A stretch of DNA of 64,000 nucleotides from the human T2T-CHM13v2.0 reference genome, Homo sapiens: assembly GCF_009914755.1 (NCBI RefSeq), contig NC_060925.1, one strand, 5' to 3'. The notes under the pieces are model-generated. The model saw nothing but the letters and a program-made list of their open reading frames with translations. It ran no database searches and was not told the origin of the DNA. The translations under genes and the position numbers were made by a program. This document shows positions 12,661 to 25,239 of the stretch, in pieces. Within the stretch, counting starts at the first letter, position 1, and the number at the start of each line of letters is the position of its first letter.

Positions 12661-15041
12661 GAATTCTTCTGTCTAGCAGAATATGAAGAAATCCCGTTTC
12701 CAACGAAGGCCTCTAGGAGGTCTGAATATCCACTTGCAGACTTTACAAACAGAGTGTTTCCTAACTGCTCTATGAACAGAAAGGTTAAACTCTGTGAGTT
12801 GAACGAACACATCACAACGCAGTTTGTGGGAATGATTCTGTCTAGTTTTGAAACCAAGATATTTCCTTTTCTGCCGTTGACCTTAAAGAGCTTGAAATCT
12901 ACACTTGCAAATTGCACAAATAGAGTGTTTCAAATCTGCTCTGTCTAAGGGAACGTTCAACTCTGTGAGTTGAATGCACACAACACAAGGAAGTTACTGG
13001 GAATTCTTCTGTCTAGCCTTACATGAAAAAAACCCGTTTCCAACGAAGGCCTCTAAGTGGTCAAAATTTCCACGTGCAGACTTTACAAACAGAGTGTTTC
13101 CAAACCGCTGAATGAAAAGAAAAGTTAAACTCTGAGAGTTGAACGCACACATCACGCAGCAGTTTCTGAGAATGATTCTGTCTAGTTTTTATACGAAGAT
13201 ATTTCCTTTTCTGCCTTTGGCCCCAAAGCGCTTGAAATCTCCACTTGCAAATTCCACAAAAACAGTGTTTCAAATCTGCTCTCTCTAAATGAAAGTTCAA
13301 CTCTGTCAGTTGAATACACACAACACAAGGAAGTTACTGAGAATTCTTCTGTCTATCAGAATATGAAGAAATCCCGTTTCCAACGAAGGCCTCAAGGAGG
13401 TCTGAATATCCACTTGCAGACTTTACAAACAGAGTGTTTCCTAACTGCTCTATGAACAGAAAGGTTAAACTCTGTGAGTTGAACGCACACATCACAAAGG
13501 AGTTTCTGAGAATCATTCTGTCTAGTCTTTATACGAAGATATTTACTTTTCTACCATTGACTTCAAAGCGGCTGAAATCTCCACTTGCAAATTCCACAGA
13601 AAGAGTGTTTCAAGTCTGCTCTGTGTAAAGGATCATTCAACTCTGTGAGTTGAATAAACACAACACAAGGAAGTTACTGAGAATTCTTCTGTCTAGCAGA
13701 ATATGAAGAAATCCCGTTTCCAACGAAGGCCTCAAGGAGGTCTGAATATCCACTTGCAGACTTTACAAACAGAGTGTTTCCTAACTGCTCTATGAAAAGA
13801 AAGGTTAAACTCTGTGAGTTGAACGCACACATCACAAAGGAGTTTATGAGAATCATTCTGTCTAGTTTCTATAAGAAGATATTTCCTATTCTACCATTGA
13901 CCTCAATGCGGCTGAAATCTCCACTTGCAAATTCGACAAAAAGAGTGTTTCAAGCCTGCTCTCTGTAAAGGATCCTTCAACTCTGTGAGTTGAATACACA
14001 CAACACAAGGAAGTTACTGAGAATTATTCTGTCTAGCATAATATGAAGAAATCCCGTTTCCAACGAAGACCTCAAAGAGGTCTGAATATCCACTTGCAGA
14101 CTTTACAAACAGAGTGTTTCCTAACTGCTCTATGAGAAGAAAAGTTAAACTCTGTGAGTTGAACGCACACATCACAAAAGATTTTCTGAGAATCATTCTG
14201 TCTAGTCTTTATATGAAGATAGTTTCCTTTTCTACCATTGACCTCAAAGCGGCTGAAATCTCCACTTGCAAATTCCACAAAAAGAGTGTTTCAAGTCTGC
14301 TCTGTGTAAAGGATCGTTCAACTCTGTGCGTTGAATACACACAACACAAGGAAGTTACTGAGAATTCTTCTGTCTAGCAGAATATGAAGAAATCCCGTTT
14401 CCAACGAAGGCCTCTAGGAGGTCTGAATATCCACTTGCAGACTTTACAAACAGAGTGTTTCCTAACTGCTCTATGAACAGAAAGGTTAAACTCTGTGAGT
14501 TGAACGAACACATCACAACGCAGTTTGTGGGAATGATTCTGTCTAGTTTTGAAACGAAGATATTTCCTTTTCTGCCATTGACCTTAAAGCGCTTGAAATC
14601 TACACTTGCAAATTGCACAAATAGAGTGTTTCAAATCTGCTCTGTCTAAGGGAACGTTCAACTCTGTGAGTTGAATGCACACAACACAAGGAAGTTACTG
14701 GGAATTCTTCTGTCTAGCCTTACATGAAAAAAACCCGTTTCCAACGAAGGCCCCTAAGTGGTCAAAATATCCACGTGCAGACTTTACAAACAGAATGTTT
14801 CCAAACCGCTGAATGAAAAGAAAAGTTAAACTCTGAGAGTTGAACGCACACATCACGCAGCAGTTTCTGAGAATGATTCTGTCTAGTTTTTATACGAAGA
14901 TATTTCCTTTTCTGCCTTTGGCCCCAAAGCGCTTGAAATCTCCAATTGCAAATTCCACAAAAACAGTGTTTCAAATCTGCTCTCTCTAAATGAACGTTCA
15001 ACTCTGTCAGTTGAATACACACAACACAAGGAAGTTACTGA
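11640..15041 (-). repeat. Tandem duplication, 2 x 1701 bp (10-mer F-G-H-A'-B)
   Basis: ORF pairs offset 1701 (11633/13334, 12413/14114, 13061/14762); shared rare variants tctatcagaat, gacttcaaag, aacgaagacctc, ctgtgcgttg, ctctaggagg. Confidence 0.85.
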
Positions 15042-18000
15042 GAATTCTTCTGTCTAGCATAATATGAAGAAATCCCGTTTCCAACGAAGGCCTCAAAGGG
15101 GTCTGAATATCCACTTGCAGACTTTATAAACAGAGTGTTTACTAACTGCTCTATGAAAAGAAAGGTTAAACTCTGTGAGTTGAACACACACATCACAAAG
15201 GAGTTTCTGAGAATCATTCTGTCTAGTTTTTCTTCGAAGATATTACCTTTTCTACTATTGACCTGAAAGCGGCTGAAATCTCCACTTGCAAATTCCACAA
15301 AAAGAGTGTTTCAAGTCTGCTCTGTGTAAAGGATCGTTCAACTCTGTGAGTTGAATACACACAACACAAGGAAGTTACTGAGAATTCTTCTGTCTAGCAG
15401 AATAGGAAGAAATCCCGTTTCCAACGAAGGCCTCAAAGAGGTCTGAATATCCACTTGCAGACTTTACAAACAGAGTGTTTCCTAACGGCTCTATGAAAAG
15501 AAAAGTTAAACTCTGTGAGTTGAACGCACACATCACAAAGGAGTTTCTGAGAATCGTTCTGTCTAGTTTCTATAGGAAGATATTTCCTATTCTACCATTG
15601 ACCTCAAAGCGACTGAAATCTCCAGTTGCAAATTCCACAAAAAGAATGTTTCAAGTCTGCTCTGTGTAAAGCATCGTTCAACTCTGTGAGTTGAATACAC
15701 ACAACACAAGGAAGTTACTGAGAATTATTCTGTCTAGCATAATATGAAGAAATCCCGTTTCCAACGAAGGCCTCAAAGAGGTCTGAATATCCACTTGCAG
15801 ACTTTACAAACAGAGTGTTTCCTAACTGCTCTATGAAAAGAAAAGTTAAACTTTGTGAGTTGAACGCACACATCACAAAGGAGTTTATGAGAATCATTCT
15901 GTCTAGTCTTTATATGAAGATAGTTTCCTTTTCTACCATTGACCTCAAAGCGGCTGAAATCTCCACTTGCAAATTCCACAAAAAGAGTGTTTCAAGTCTG
16001 CTCTGTGTAAAGGATCGTTCAACTCTGTGAGTTGAATACACACAACACAAGGAAGTTACTGAGAATTCTTCTGTCTAGCAGAATATGAAGAAATCCCGTT
16101 TCCAACGAAGGCCACAATATGTCAGAATATCCACTTACAGACTTTACAAACAGAGTGTTTCCTAACTGCTCTATGAACAGAAAGGTTAAACTCTGTGAGT
16201 TGAACGAACACATCACAACGCAGTTTGTGGGAATGATTCTGTCTAGTTTTAAAACGAAGATATTTCCTTTTCTGCCATTGACCTTAAAGCGCTTGAAATC
16301 TACACTTGCAAATTGCACAAATAGAGTGTTTCAAATCTGCTCTGTCTAAGGGAACGTTCAACTCTGTGAGTTGAATGCACACAACACAAGGAAGTTACTG
16401 GGAATTCTTCTGTCTAGCCTTACATGAAAAAAACCCGTTTCCACGAAGGCCTCTAAGTGGTCAAAATTTCCACGTGCAGACTTTACAAACAGAGTGTTTC
16501 CAAACCGCTGAATGAAAAGAAAAGTTAAACTCTGAGAGTTGAACGCACACATCACGCAGCAGTTTCTGAGAATGATTCTGTCTAGTTTTTATACGAAGAT
16601 ATTTCCTTTTCTGCCTTTGGCCCCAAAGCGCTTGAAATCTCCACTTGCAAATTCCACAAAAACAGTGTTTCAAATCTGCTCTCTCTAAATGAAAGTTCAA
16701 CTCTGTCAGTTGAATACACACAACACAAGGAAGTTACTGAGAATTCTTCTGTCTAGCATAATATGAAGAAATCCCGTTTCCAACGAAGGCCTCAAAGGGG
16801 TCTGAATATCCACTTGCAGACTTTATAAACAGAGTGTTTACTAACTGCTCTATGAAAAGAAAGGTTAAACTCTGTGAGTTGAACACACACATCACAAAGG
16901 AGTTTCTGAGAATCATTCTGTCTAGTTTTTCTACGAAGATATTTCCTTTTCTACTATTGACCTGAAAGCGGCTGAAATCTCCACTTGCAAATTCCACAAA
17001 AAGAGTGTTTCAAGTCTGCTCTGTGTAAAGGATCGTTCAACTCTGTGAGTTGAATACACACAACACAAGGAAGTTACTGAGAATTCTTCTGTCTAGCAGA
17101 ATATGAAGAAATCCCTTTTCCAACGAAGGCCTCAAGGAGGTCTGAATATCCACTTGCAGACTTTACAAACAGAGTGTTTCCTAACTGCTCTATGAAAAGA
17201 AAGGTTAAACTCTGTGAGTTGAACGCACACATCACAAAGGAGTTTCTGAGAATCATTCTGTCTAGTTTCTATAAGAAGATATTTCCTATTCTACCATTGA
17301 CCTCAAAGCGGCTGAAATCTCCACTTGCAAATTCGACAAAAAGAGTGTTTGAAGCCTGCTCTCTTTAAAGGATCCTTTAACTCTGTGAGTTGAATACACA
17401 CAACACAAGGAAGTTACTGAGAATTATTCTGTCTAGCATAATATGAAGAAATCCCGTTTCCAACGAAGGCCTCAAAGAGGTCTGAATATCCACTTGCAGA
17501 CTTTACAAACAGAGTGTTTCCTAACTGCTCTATGAGAAGAAAAGTTAAACTCTGTGAGTTGAACGCACACATCACAAAAGATTTTCTGAGAATCATTCTG
17601 TCTAGTCTTTATAAGAAGATAGTTTCCTTTTCTACCATTGACCTCAAAGCGGCTGAAATCTCCACTTGCAAATTCCACAAAAAGAGTGTTTCAAGTCTGC
17701 TCTGTGTAAAGGATCGTTCAACTCTGTGAGTTGAATACACACAACACAAGGAAGTTACTGAGAATTCTTCTGTCTAGCATAATATGAAGAAATCCCGTTT
17801 CCAACGAAGGCCTCAAAGGGGTCTGAATATCCACTTGCAGACTTTATAAACAGAGTGTTTACTAACTGCTCTATGAAAAGAAAGGTTAAACTCTGTGAGG
17901 TGAACACACACATCACAAAGGAGTTTCTGAGAATCATTCTGTCTAGTTTTTCTACGAAGATATTTCCTTTTCTACTATTGACCTGAAAGCGGCTGAAATC

Positions 18001-20700
18001 TCCACTTGCAAATTCCACAAAAAGAGTGTTTCAAGTCTGCTCTGTGTAAAGGATCGTTCAACTCTGTGCGTTGAATACACACAACACAAGGAAGTTACTG
18101 AGAATTCTTCTGTCTAGCAGAATATGAAGAAATCCCGTTTCCAACGAAGGCCTCTAGGAGGTCTGAATATCCACTTGCAGACTTTACAAACAGAGTGTTT
18201 CCTAACTGCTCTATAAACAGAAAGGTTAAACTCTGTGAGTTGAACGAACACATCACAACGCAGTTTGTGGGAATGATTCTGTCTAGTTTTGAAACGAAGA
18301 TATTTCCTTTTCTGCCATTGACCTTAAAGCGCTTGAAATCTACACTTGCAAATTGCACAAATAGAGTGTTTCAAATCTGCTCTGTCTAAGGGAACGTTCA
18401 ACTCTGTGAGTTGAATGCACACAACACAAGGAAGTTACTGGGAATTCTTCTGTCTAGCCTTACATGAAAAAAACCCGTTTCCAACGAAGGCCTCTAAGTG
18501 GTCAAAATATCCACGTGCAGACTTTACAAACAGAATGTTTCCAAACCGCTGAATGAAAAGAAAAGTTAAACTCTGAGAGTTGAACGCACACATCACGCAG
18601 CAGTTTCTGAGAATGATTCTGTCTAGTTTTTATACGAAGATATTTCCTTTTCTGCCTTTGGCCCCAAAGCGCTTGAAATCTCCAATTGCAAATTCCACAA
18701 AAACAGTGTTTCAAATCTGCTCTCTCTAAATGAAAGTTCAACTCTGTCAGTTGAATACACACAACACAAGGAAGTTACTGAGAATTCTTCTGTCTAGCAT
18801 AATATGAAGAAATCCCGTTTAAAACGAAGGCCTCAAAGGGGTCTGAATATCCACTTGCAGACTTTATAAACAGAGTGTTTACTAACTGCTCTATGAAAAG
18901 AAAGGTTAAACTCTGTGAGTTGAACACACACATCACAAAGGAGTTTCTGAGAATCATTCTGTCTAGTTTTTCTACGAAGATATTTCCTTTTCTACTATTG
19001 ACCTGAAAGCGGCTGAAATCTCCACTTGCAAATTCCACAAAAAGAGTGTTTCAAGTCTGCTCTGTGTAAAGGATCGTTCAACTCTGTGAGTTGAATACAC
19101 ACAACACAAGGAAGTTACTGAGAATTCTTCTGTCTAGCAGAATAGGAAGAAATCCCGTTTCCAACGAAGGCCTCAAAGAGGTCTGAATATCCACTTGCAG
19201 ACTTTACAAACAGAGTCTTTCCTAACGGCTCTATGAAAAGAAAAGTTAAACTCTGTGAGTTGAACGCACACATCACAAAGGAGTTTCTGAGGATCGTTCT
19301 GTCTAGTTTCTATAGGAAGATATTTCCTATTCTACCATTGACCTCAAAGCGGCTGAAATCTCCACTTGCAAATTCCACAAAAAGAATGTTTCAAGTCTGC
19401 TCTGTGTAAAGCATCGTTCAACTCTGTGAGTTGAATACACACAACACAAGGAAGTTACTGAGAATTCTTCTGTCTAGCATAATATGAAGAAATCCCGTTT
19501 CCAACGAAGGCCTCAAAGAGGTCTGAATATCCACTTGCAGACTTTACAAACAGAGTGTTTCCTAACTGCTCTATGAAAAGAAAAGTTAAACTTTGTGAGT
19601 TGAACGCACACATCACAAAGGAGTTTATGAGAATCATTCTGTCTAGTCTTTATATGAAGATAGTTTCCTTTTCTACCATTGACCTCAAAGCGGCTGAAAT
19701 CTCCACTTGCAAATTCCACAAAAAGAGTGTTTCAAGTCTGCTCTGTGTAAAGGATCGTTCAACTCTGTGAGTTGAATACACACAACACAAGGAAGTTACT
19801 GAGAATTCTTCTGTCTAGCAGAATATGAAGAAATCCCGTTTCCAACGAAGGCCACAATATGTCAGAATATCCACTTACAGACTTTACAAACAGAGTGTTT
19901 CCTAACTGCTCTATGAACAGAAAGGTTAAACTCTGTGAGTTGAACGAACACATCACAACGCAGTTTGTGGGAATGATTCTGTCTAGTTTTAAAACGAAGA
20001 TATTTCCTTTTCTGCCATTGACCTTAAAGCGCTTGAAATCTACACTTGCAAATTGCACAAATAGAGTGTTTCAAATCTGCTCTGTCTAAGGGAATGTTCA
20101 ACTCTGTGAGTTGAATGCACACAACACAAGGAAGTTACTGGGAATTCTTCTGTCTAGCCTTACATGAAAAAAACCCGTTTCCACGAAGGCCTCTAAGTGG
20201 TCAAAATTTCCACGTGCAGACTTTACAAACAGAGTGTTTCCAAACCGCTGAATGAAAAGAAAAGTTAAACTCTGAGAGTTGAACGCACACATCACGCAGC
20301 AGTTTCTGAGAATGATTCTGTCTAGTTTTTATACGAAGATATTTCCTTTTCTGCCTTTGGCCCCAAAGCGCTTGAAATCTCCACTTGCAAATTCCACAAA
20401 AACAGTGTTTCAAATCTGCTCTCTCTAAATGAAAGTTCAACTCTGTCAGTTGAATACACACAACACAAGGAAGTTACTGAGAATTCTTCTGTCTAGCATA
20501 ATATGAAGAAATCCCGTTTCCAACGAAGGCCTCAAAGGGGTCTGAATATCCACTTGCAGACTTTATAAACAGAGTGTTTACTAACTGCTCTATGAAAAGA
20601 AAGGTTAAACTCTGTGAGTTGAACACACACATCACAAAGGAGTTTCTGAGAATCATTCTGTCTAGTTTTTCTACGAAGATATTTCCTTTTCTACTATTGA
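14320..20700 (-). repeat. Tandem duplication with 3740-bp period (22-mer); second copy partial
   Basis: ORF pairs offset 3740 (14455/18195, 15815/19555, 16461/20201); shared cagaatgtttcc, tccaattgc, aactttgtgag, gccacaatat, gttttaaaacg and a 1-bp CENP-B box deletion. Ends approximate. Confidence 0.85.
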
Positions 20701-22520
20701 CCTCAAAGCGGCTGAAATCTCCACTTGCAAATTCCACAAAAAGAGTGTTTCAAGTCTGCTCTGTGTAAAGGATCGTTCAACTCTGTGAGTTGAATACACA
20801 CAACACAAGGAAGTTACTGAGAATTCTTCTGTCTAGCAGAATATGAAGAAATCCCGTTTCCAACGAAGGCCTCAAAGAGGTGTGAATATCCACTTGCAGA
20901 CTTTACAAACAGAGTGTTTCCTAACTGCTCTATGAACAGAAAGGTTAAACTCTGTCAGTTGAACGCACACATCACAAAGGAGTTTCTGAGAATCATTCTG
21001 TCTAGTTTCTATAGGAAGATATTTCCTATTCTACCATTGACCTCAAAGCGGCTGAAATCTCCACTTGCAAATTCCACAAAAAGAGTGTTTCAAGTCTGCT
21101 CTGTGTAAAGGATCGTTCAACTCTGTGAGTTGAATACACACAACACAAGGAAGTTACTGAGAATTCTTCTGTCTAGCAGAATATGAAGAAATCCCGTTTC
21201 CAACGAAGGCCTCAAGTAGGTCTGAATATCCACTTGAAGACTTTACAAACAGAGTGTTTCCTAACTGCTCTATGAACGGAAAGGTTAAACTCTGTGAGTT
21301 GAACGAACACATCACAACGCAGTTTGTGGGAATGATTCTGTCTAGTTTTGAAACGAAGATATTTCCTTTTCTGCCATTGACCTTAAAGCGCTTGAAATCT
21401 ACACTTGCAAATTGCACAAATAGAGTGTTTCAAATCTGCTCTGTCTAAGGGAACGTTCAACTCTGTGAGTTGAATGCACACAACACAAGGAAGTTACTGG
21501 GAATTCTTCTGTCTAGCCTTATATGAAAAAAACCCGTTTCCAACGAAGGCCTCTAAGTGGTCAAAATATCCACGTGCAGACTTTACAAACAGAGTGTTTC
21601 CAAACCGCTGAATGAAAAGAAAAGTTAAACTCTGAGAGTTGAACGCACACATCACGCAGCAGTTTCTGAGAATGATTCTGTCTAGTTTTTATACGAAGAT
21701 ATTTCCTTTTCTGCCTTTGGCCCCAAAGCGCTTGAAATCTCCCCTTGCAAATTCCACAAAAACAGTGTTTCAAATCTGCTCTCTCTAAATGAAAGTTCAA
21801 CTCTGTCAGTTGAATACACACAACACAAGGAAGTTACTGAGAATTCTTCTGTCTAGCATAATATGAGGAAATCCCGTTTCCAACGAAGGCCTCAAAGGGG
21901 TCTGAATATCCACTTGCAGACTTTATAAACAGAGTGTTTACTAACTGCTCTATGAAAAGAAAGGTTAAACTCTGTGAGGTGAACACACACATCACAAAGG
22001 AGTTTCTGAGAATCATTCTGTCTAGTTTTTCTACGAAGATATTTCCTTTTCTACTATTGACCTGAAAGCGGCTGAAATCTCCACTTGCAAATTCCACAAA
22101 AAGAGTGTTTCAAGTCTGCTCTGTGTAAAGGATCGTTCAACTCTGTGAGTTGCATACACACAACACAAGGAAGTTACTGAGAATTCTTCTGTCTAGCAGA
22201 ATATGAAGAAATCCCGTTTCCAACGAAGGCCTCAAAGAGGTCTGAATATCCACTTGCAGACTTTACAAAGAGAGTGTTTCCTAACTGCTCTATGAAAAGA
22301 AAGGTTAAACTCTGTGAGTTGAACGCACACATCACAAAGGAGTTTCTGAGAATCGTTCTGTCTAGTTTCTATAGGAAGATATTTCCTATTCTACCATTGA
22401 CCTCAAAGCGGCTGAAATCTCCACTTGCAAATTCCACAAACAGAATGTTTCAAGTCTGCTCTGTGTAAAAGATCGTTCAACTCTGTGAGTTGAATACACA
22501 CAACACAAGGAAGTTACTGA

Positions 22521-25239
22521 GAATTCTTCTGTCTAGCAGAATATGAAGAAATCCCGTTTCCAACGAAGGCCACAAGATGTCAGAATATCCACTTACAGAC
22601 TTTACAAACAGAGTGTTTCCTAACTGCTCTATGAACAGAAAGGTTAAACTCTGTGAGTTGAACGAACACATCACAACGCAGTTTGTGGGAATGATTCTGT
22701 CTAGTTTTGAAACGAAGATATTTCCTTTTCTGCCGTTGACCTTAAAGCGCTTGAAATCTACACTTGCAAATTGCACAAATAGAGTGTTTCAAATCTGCTC
22801 TGTCTAAGGGAACGTTCAACTCTGTGAGTTGAATGCACACAACACAAGGAAGTTACTGGGAATTCTTCTGTCTAGCCTTACATGAAAAAAACCCGTTTCC
22901 AACGAAGGCCTCTAAGTGGTCAAAATATCCACGTGCAGACTTTACAAACAGAGTGTTTCCAAACCGCTGAATGAAAAGAAAAGTTAAACTCTGAGAGTTG
23001 AACGCACACGTCACGCAGCAGTTTCTGAGAATGATTCTGTCTAGTTTTTATACGAAGATATTTCCTTTTCTGCCTTTGGCCCCAAAGCGCTTGAAATCTC
23101 CCCTTGCGAATTCCACAAAAACAGTGTTTCAAATCTGCTCTCTCTAAATGAAAGTTCAACTCTGTCAGTTGAATACACACAACACAAGGAAGTTACTGAG
23201 AATTCTTCTGTCTAGCATAATATGAAGAAATCCCGTTTCCAACGAAGGCCTCAAAGGGGTCTGAATATCCACTTGCAGACTTTATAAACAGAGTGTTTAC
23301 TAACTGCTCTATGAAAAGAAAGGTTAAACTCTGTGAGTTGAACACACACATCACAAAGGAGTTTCTGAGAATCATTCTGTCTAGTTTTTCTACGAAGATA
23401 TTTCCTTTTCTACTATTGACCTCAAAGCGGCTGAAATCTCCACTTGCAAATTCCACAAAAAGAGTGTTTCAAGTCTGCTCTGTGTAAAGGATCGTTCAAC
23501 TCTGTGAGTTGAATACACACAACACAAGGAAGTTACTGAGAATTCTTCTGTCTAGCAGAATAGGAAGAAATCCCGTTTCCAACGAAGGCCTCAAAGAGGT
23601 CTGAATATCCACTTGCAGACTTTACAAACAGAGTGTTTCCTAACGGCTCTATGAAAAGAAAAGTTAAACTCTGTGAGTTGAACGCACACATCACAAAGGA
23701 GTTTCTGAGAATCGTTCTGTCTAGTTTCTATAGGAAGATATTTCCTATTCTACCATTGACCTCAAAGCGGCTGAAATCTCCAGTTGCAAATTCCACAAAA
23801 AGAATGTTTCAAGTCTGCTCTGTGTAAAGGATCGTTCAACTCTGTGAGTTGAATACACACAACACAAGGAACTTACTGAGAATTATTCTGTCTAGCATAA
23901 TATGAAGAAATCCCGTTTCCAACGAAGGCCTCAAAGAGGTCTGAATATCCACTTGCAGACTTTACAAACAGAGTGTTTCCTAACTGTTCTATGAAAAGAA
24001 AAGTTAAACTCTGTGAGTTGAACGCACACATCACAAAGGAGTTTATGAGAATCATTCTGTCTAGTCTTTATACGAAGATATATCCTTTTCTACCATTGAC
24101 CTCAAAGCGGCTGAAATCTCCACTTGCAAATTCCACAAAAAGAGTGTTTCAAGTCTGCTCTGTGTAAAGGATCGTTCAACTCTGTGAGTTGAATACACAC
24201 AACACAAGGAACTTACTGAGAATTCTTCTGTCTAGCAGAATATGAAGAAATCCCGTTTCCAACGAAGGCCTCAAGGAGGTCTGAATATCCACTTGCAGAC
24301 TTTACAAACAGAGTGTTTCCTAACTGCTCTATGAACAGAAAGGTTAAACTCTGTGAGTTTAACGCACACATCACAAAGGAGTTTCTGAGAATCATTCTGT
24401 CTAGTCTTTATACGAAGATATTTACTTTTCTACCATTGACCTCAAAGCGGCTGAAATCTCCACTTGCAAATTCAACAAAAAGAGTGTTTCAAGTCTGCTC
24501 TGTGTAAAGGATCATTCAACTCTGTGAGTTGAATAAACACAACACAAGGAAGTTACTGAGAATTCTTCTGTCTAGCAGAATATGAAGAAATCCCGTTTCC
24601 AACGAAGGCCTCAAGGAGGTCTGAATATCCACTTGCAGACTTTACAAACAGAGTGTTTCCTAACTGCTCTATGAAAAGAAAGGTTAAACTCTGTGAGTTG
24701 AACGCACACATCACAAAGGAGTTTATGAGAATCATTCTGTCTAGTTTCTATAAGAAGATATTTCCTATTCTACCATTGACCTCAAACGGCTGAAATCTCC
24801 ACTTGCAAATTCGACAAAAAGAGTGTTTCAAGCCTGCTCTCTGTAAAGGATCCTTCAACTCTGTGAGTTGAATACACACAACACAAGGAAGTTACTGAGA
24901 ATTATTCTGTCTAGCATAATATGAAGAAATCCCGTTTCCAACGAAGGCCTCAAAGAGGTCTGAATATCCACTTGCAGACTTTACAAACAGAGTGTTTCCT
25001 AACTGCTCTATGAGAAGAAAAGTTAAACTCTGTGAGTTGAACGCACACATCACAAAAGATTTTCTGAGAATCATTCTGTCTAGTCTTTATATGAAGATAG
25101 TTTCCTTTTCTACCATTGACTTCAAAGCGGCTGAAATCTCCACTTGCAAATTCCACAAAAAGAGTGTTTCAAGTCTGCTCTGTGTAAAGGATCGTTCAAC
25201 TCTGTGAGTTGAATACACACAACACAAGGAAGTTACTGA
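22521..25239 (-). repeat. 16-mer HOR unit ABCDEFGH (2719 bp)
   Basis: Signatures at 22577(A), 22920(B), 23293(C), 23633(D), 23973(E), 24313(F), ~24653(G), 24992(H). Confidence 0.85.
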
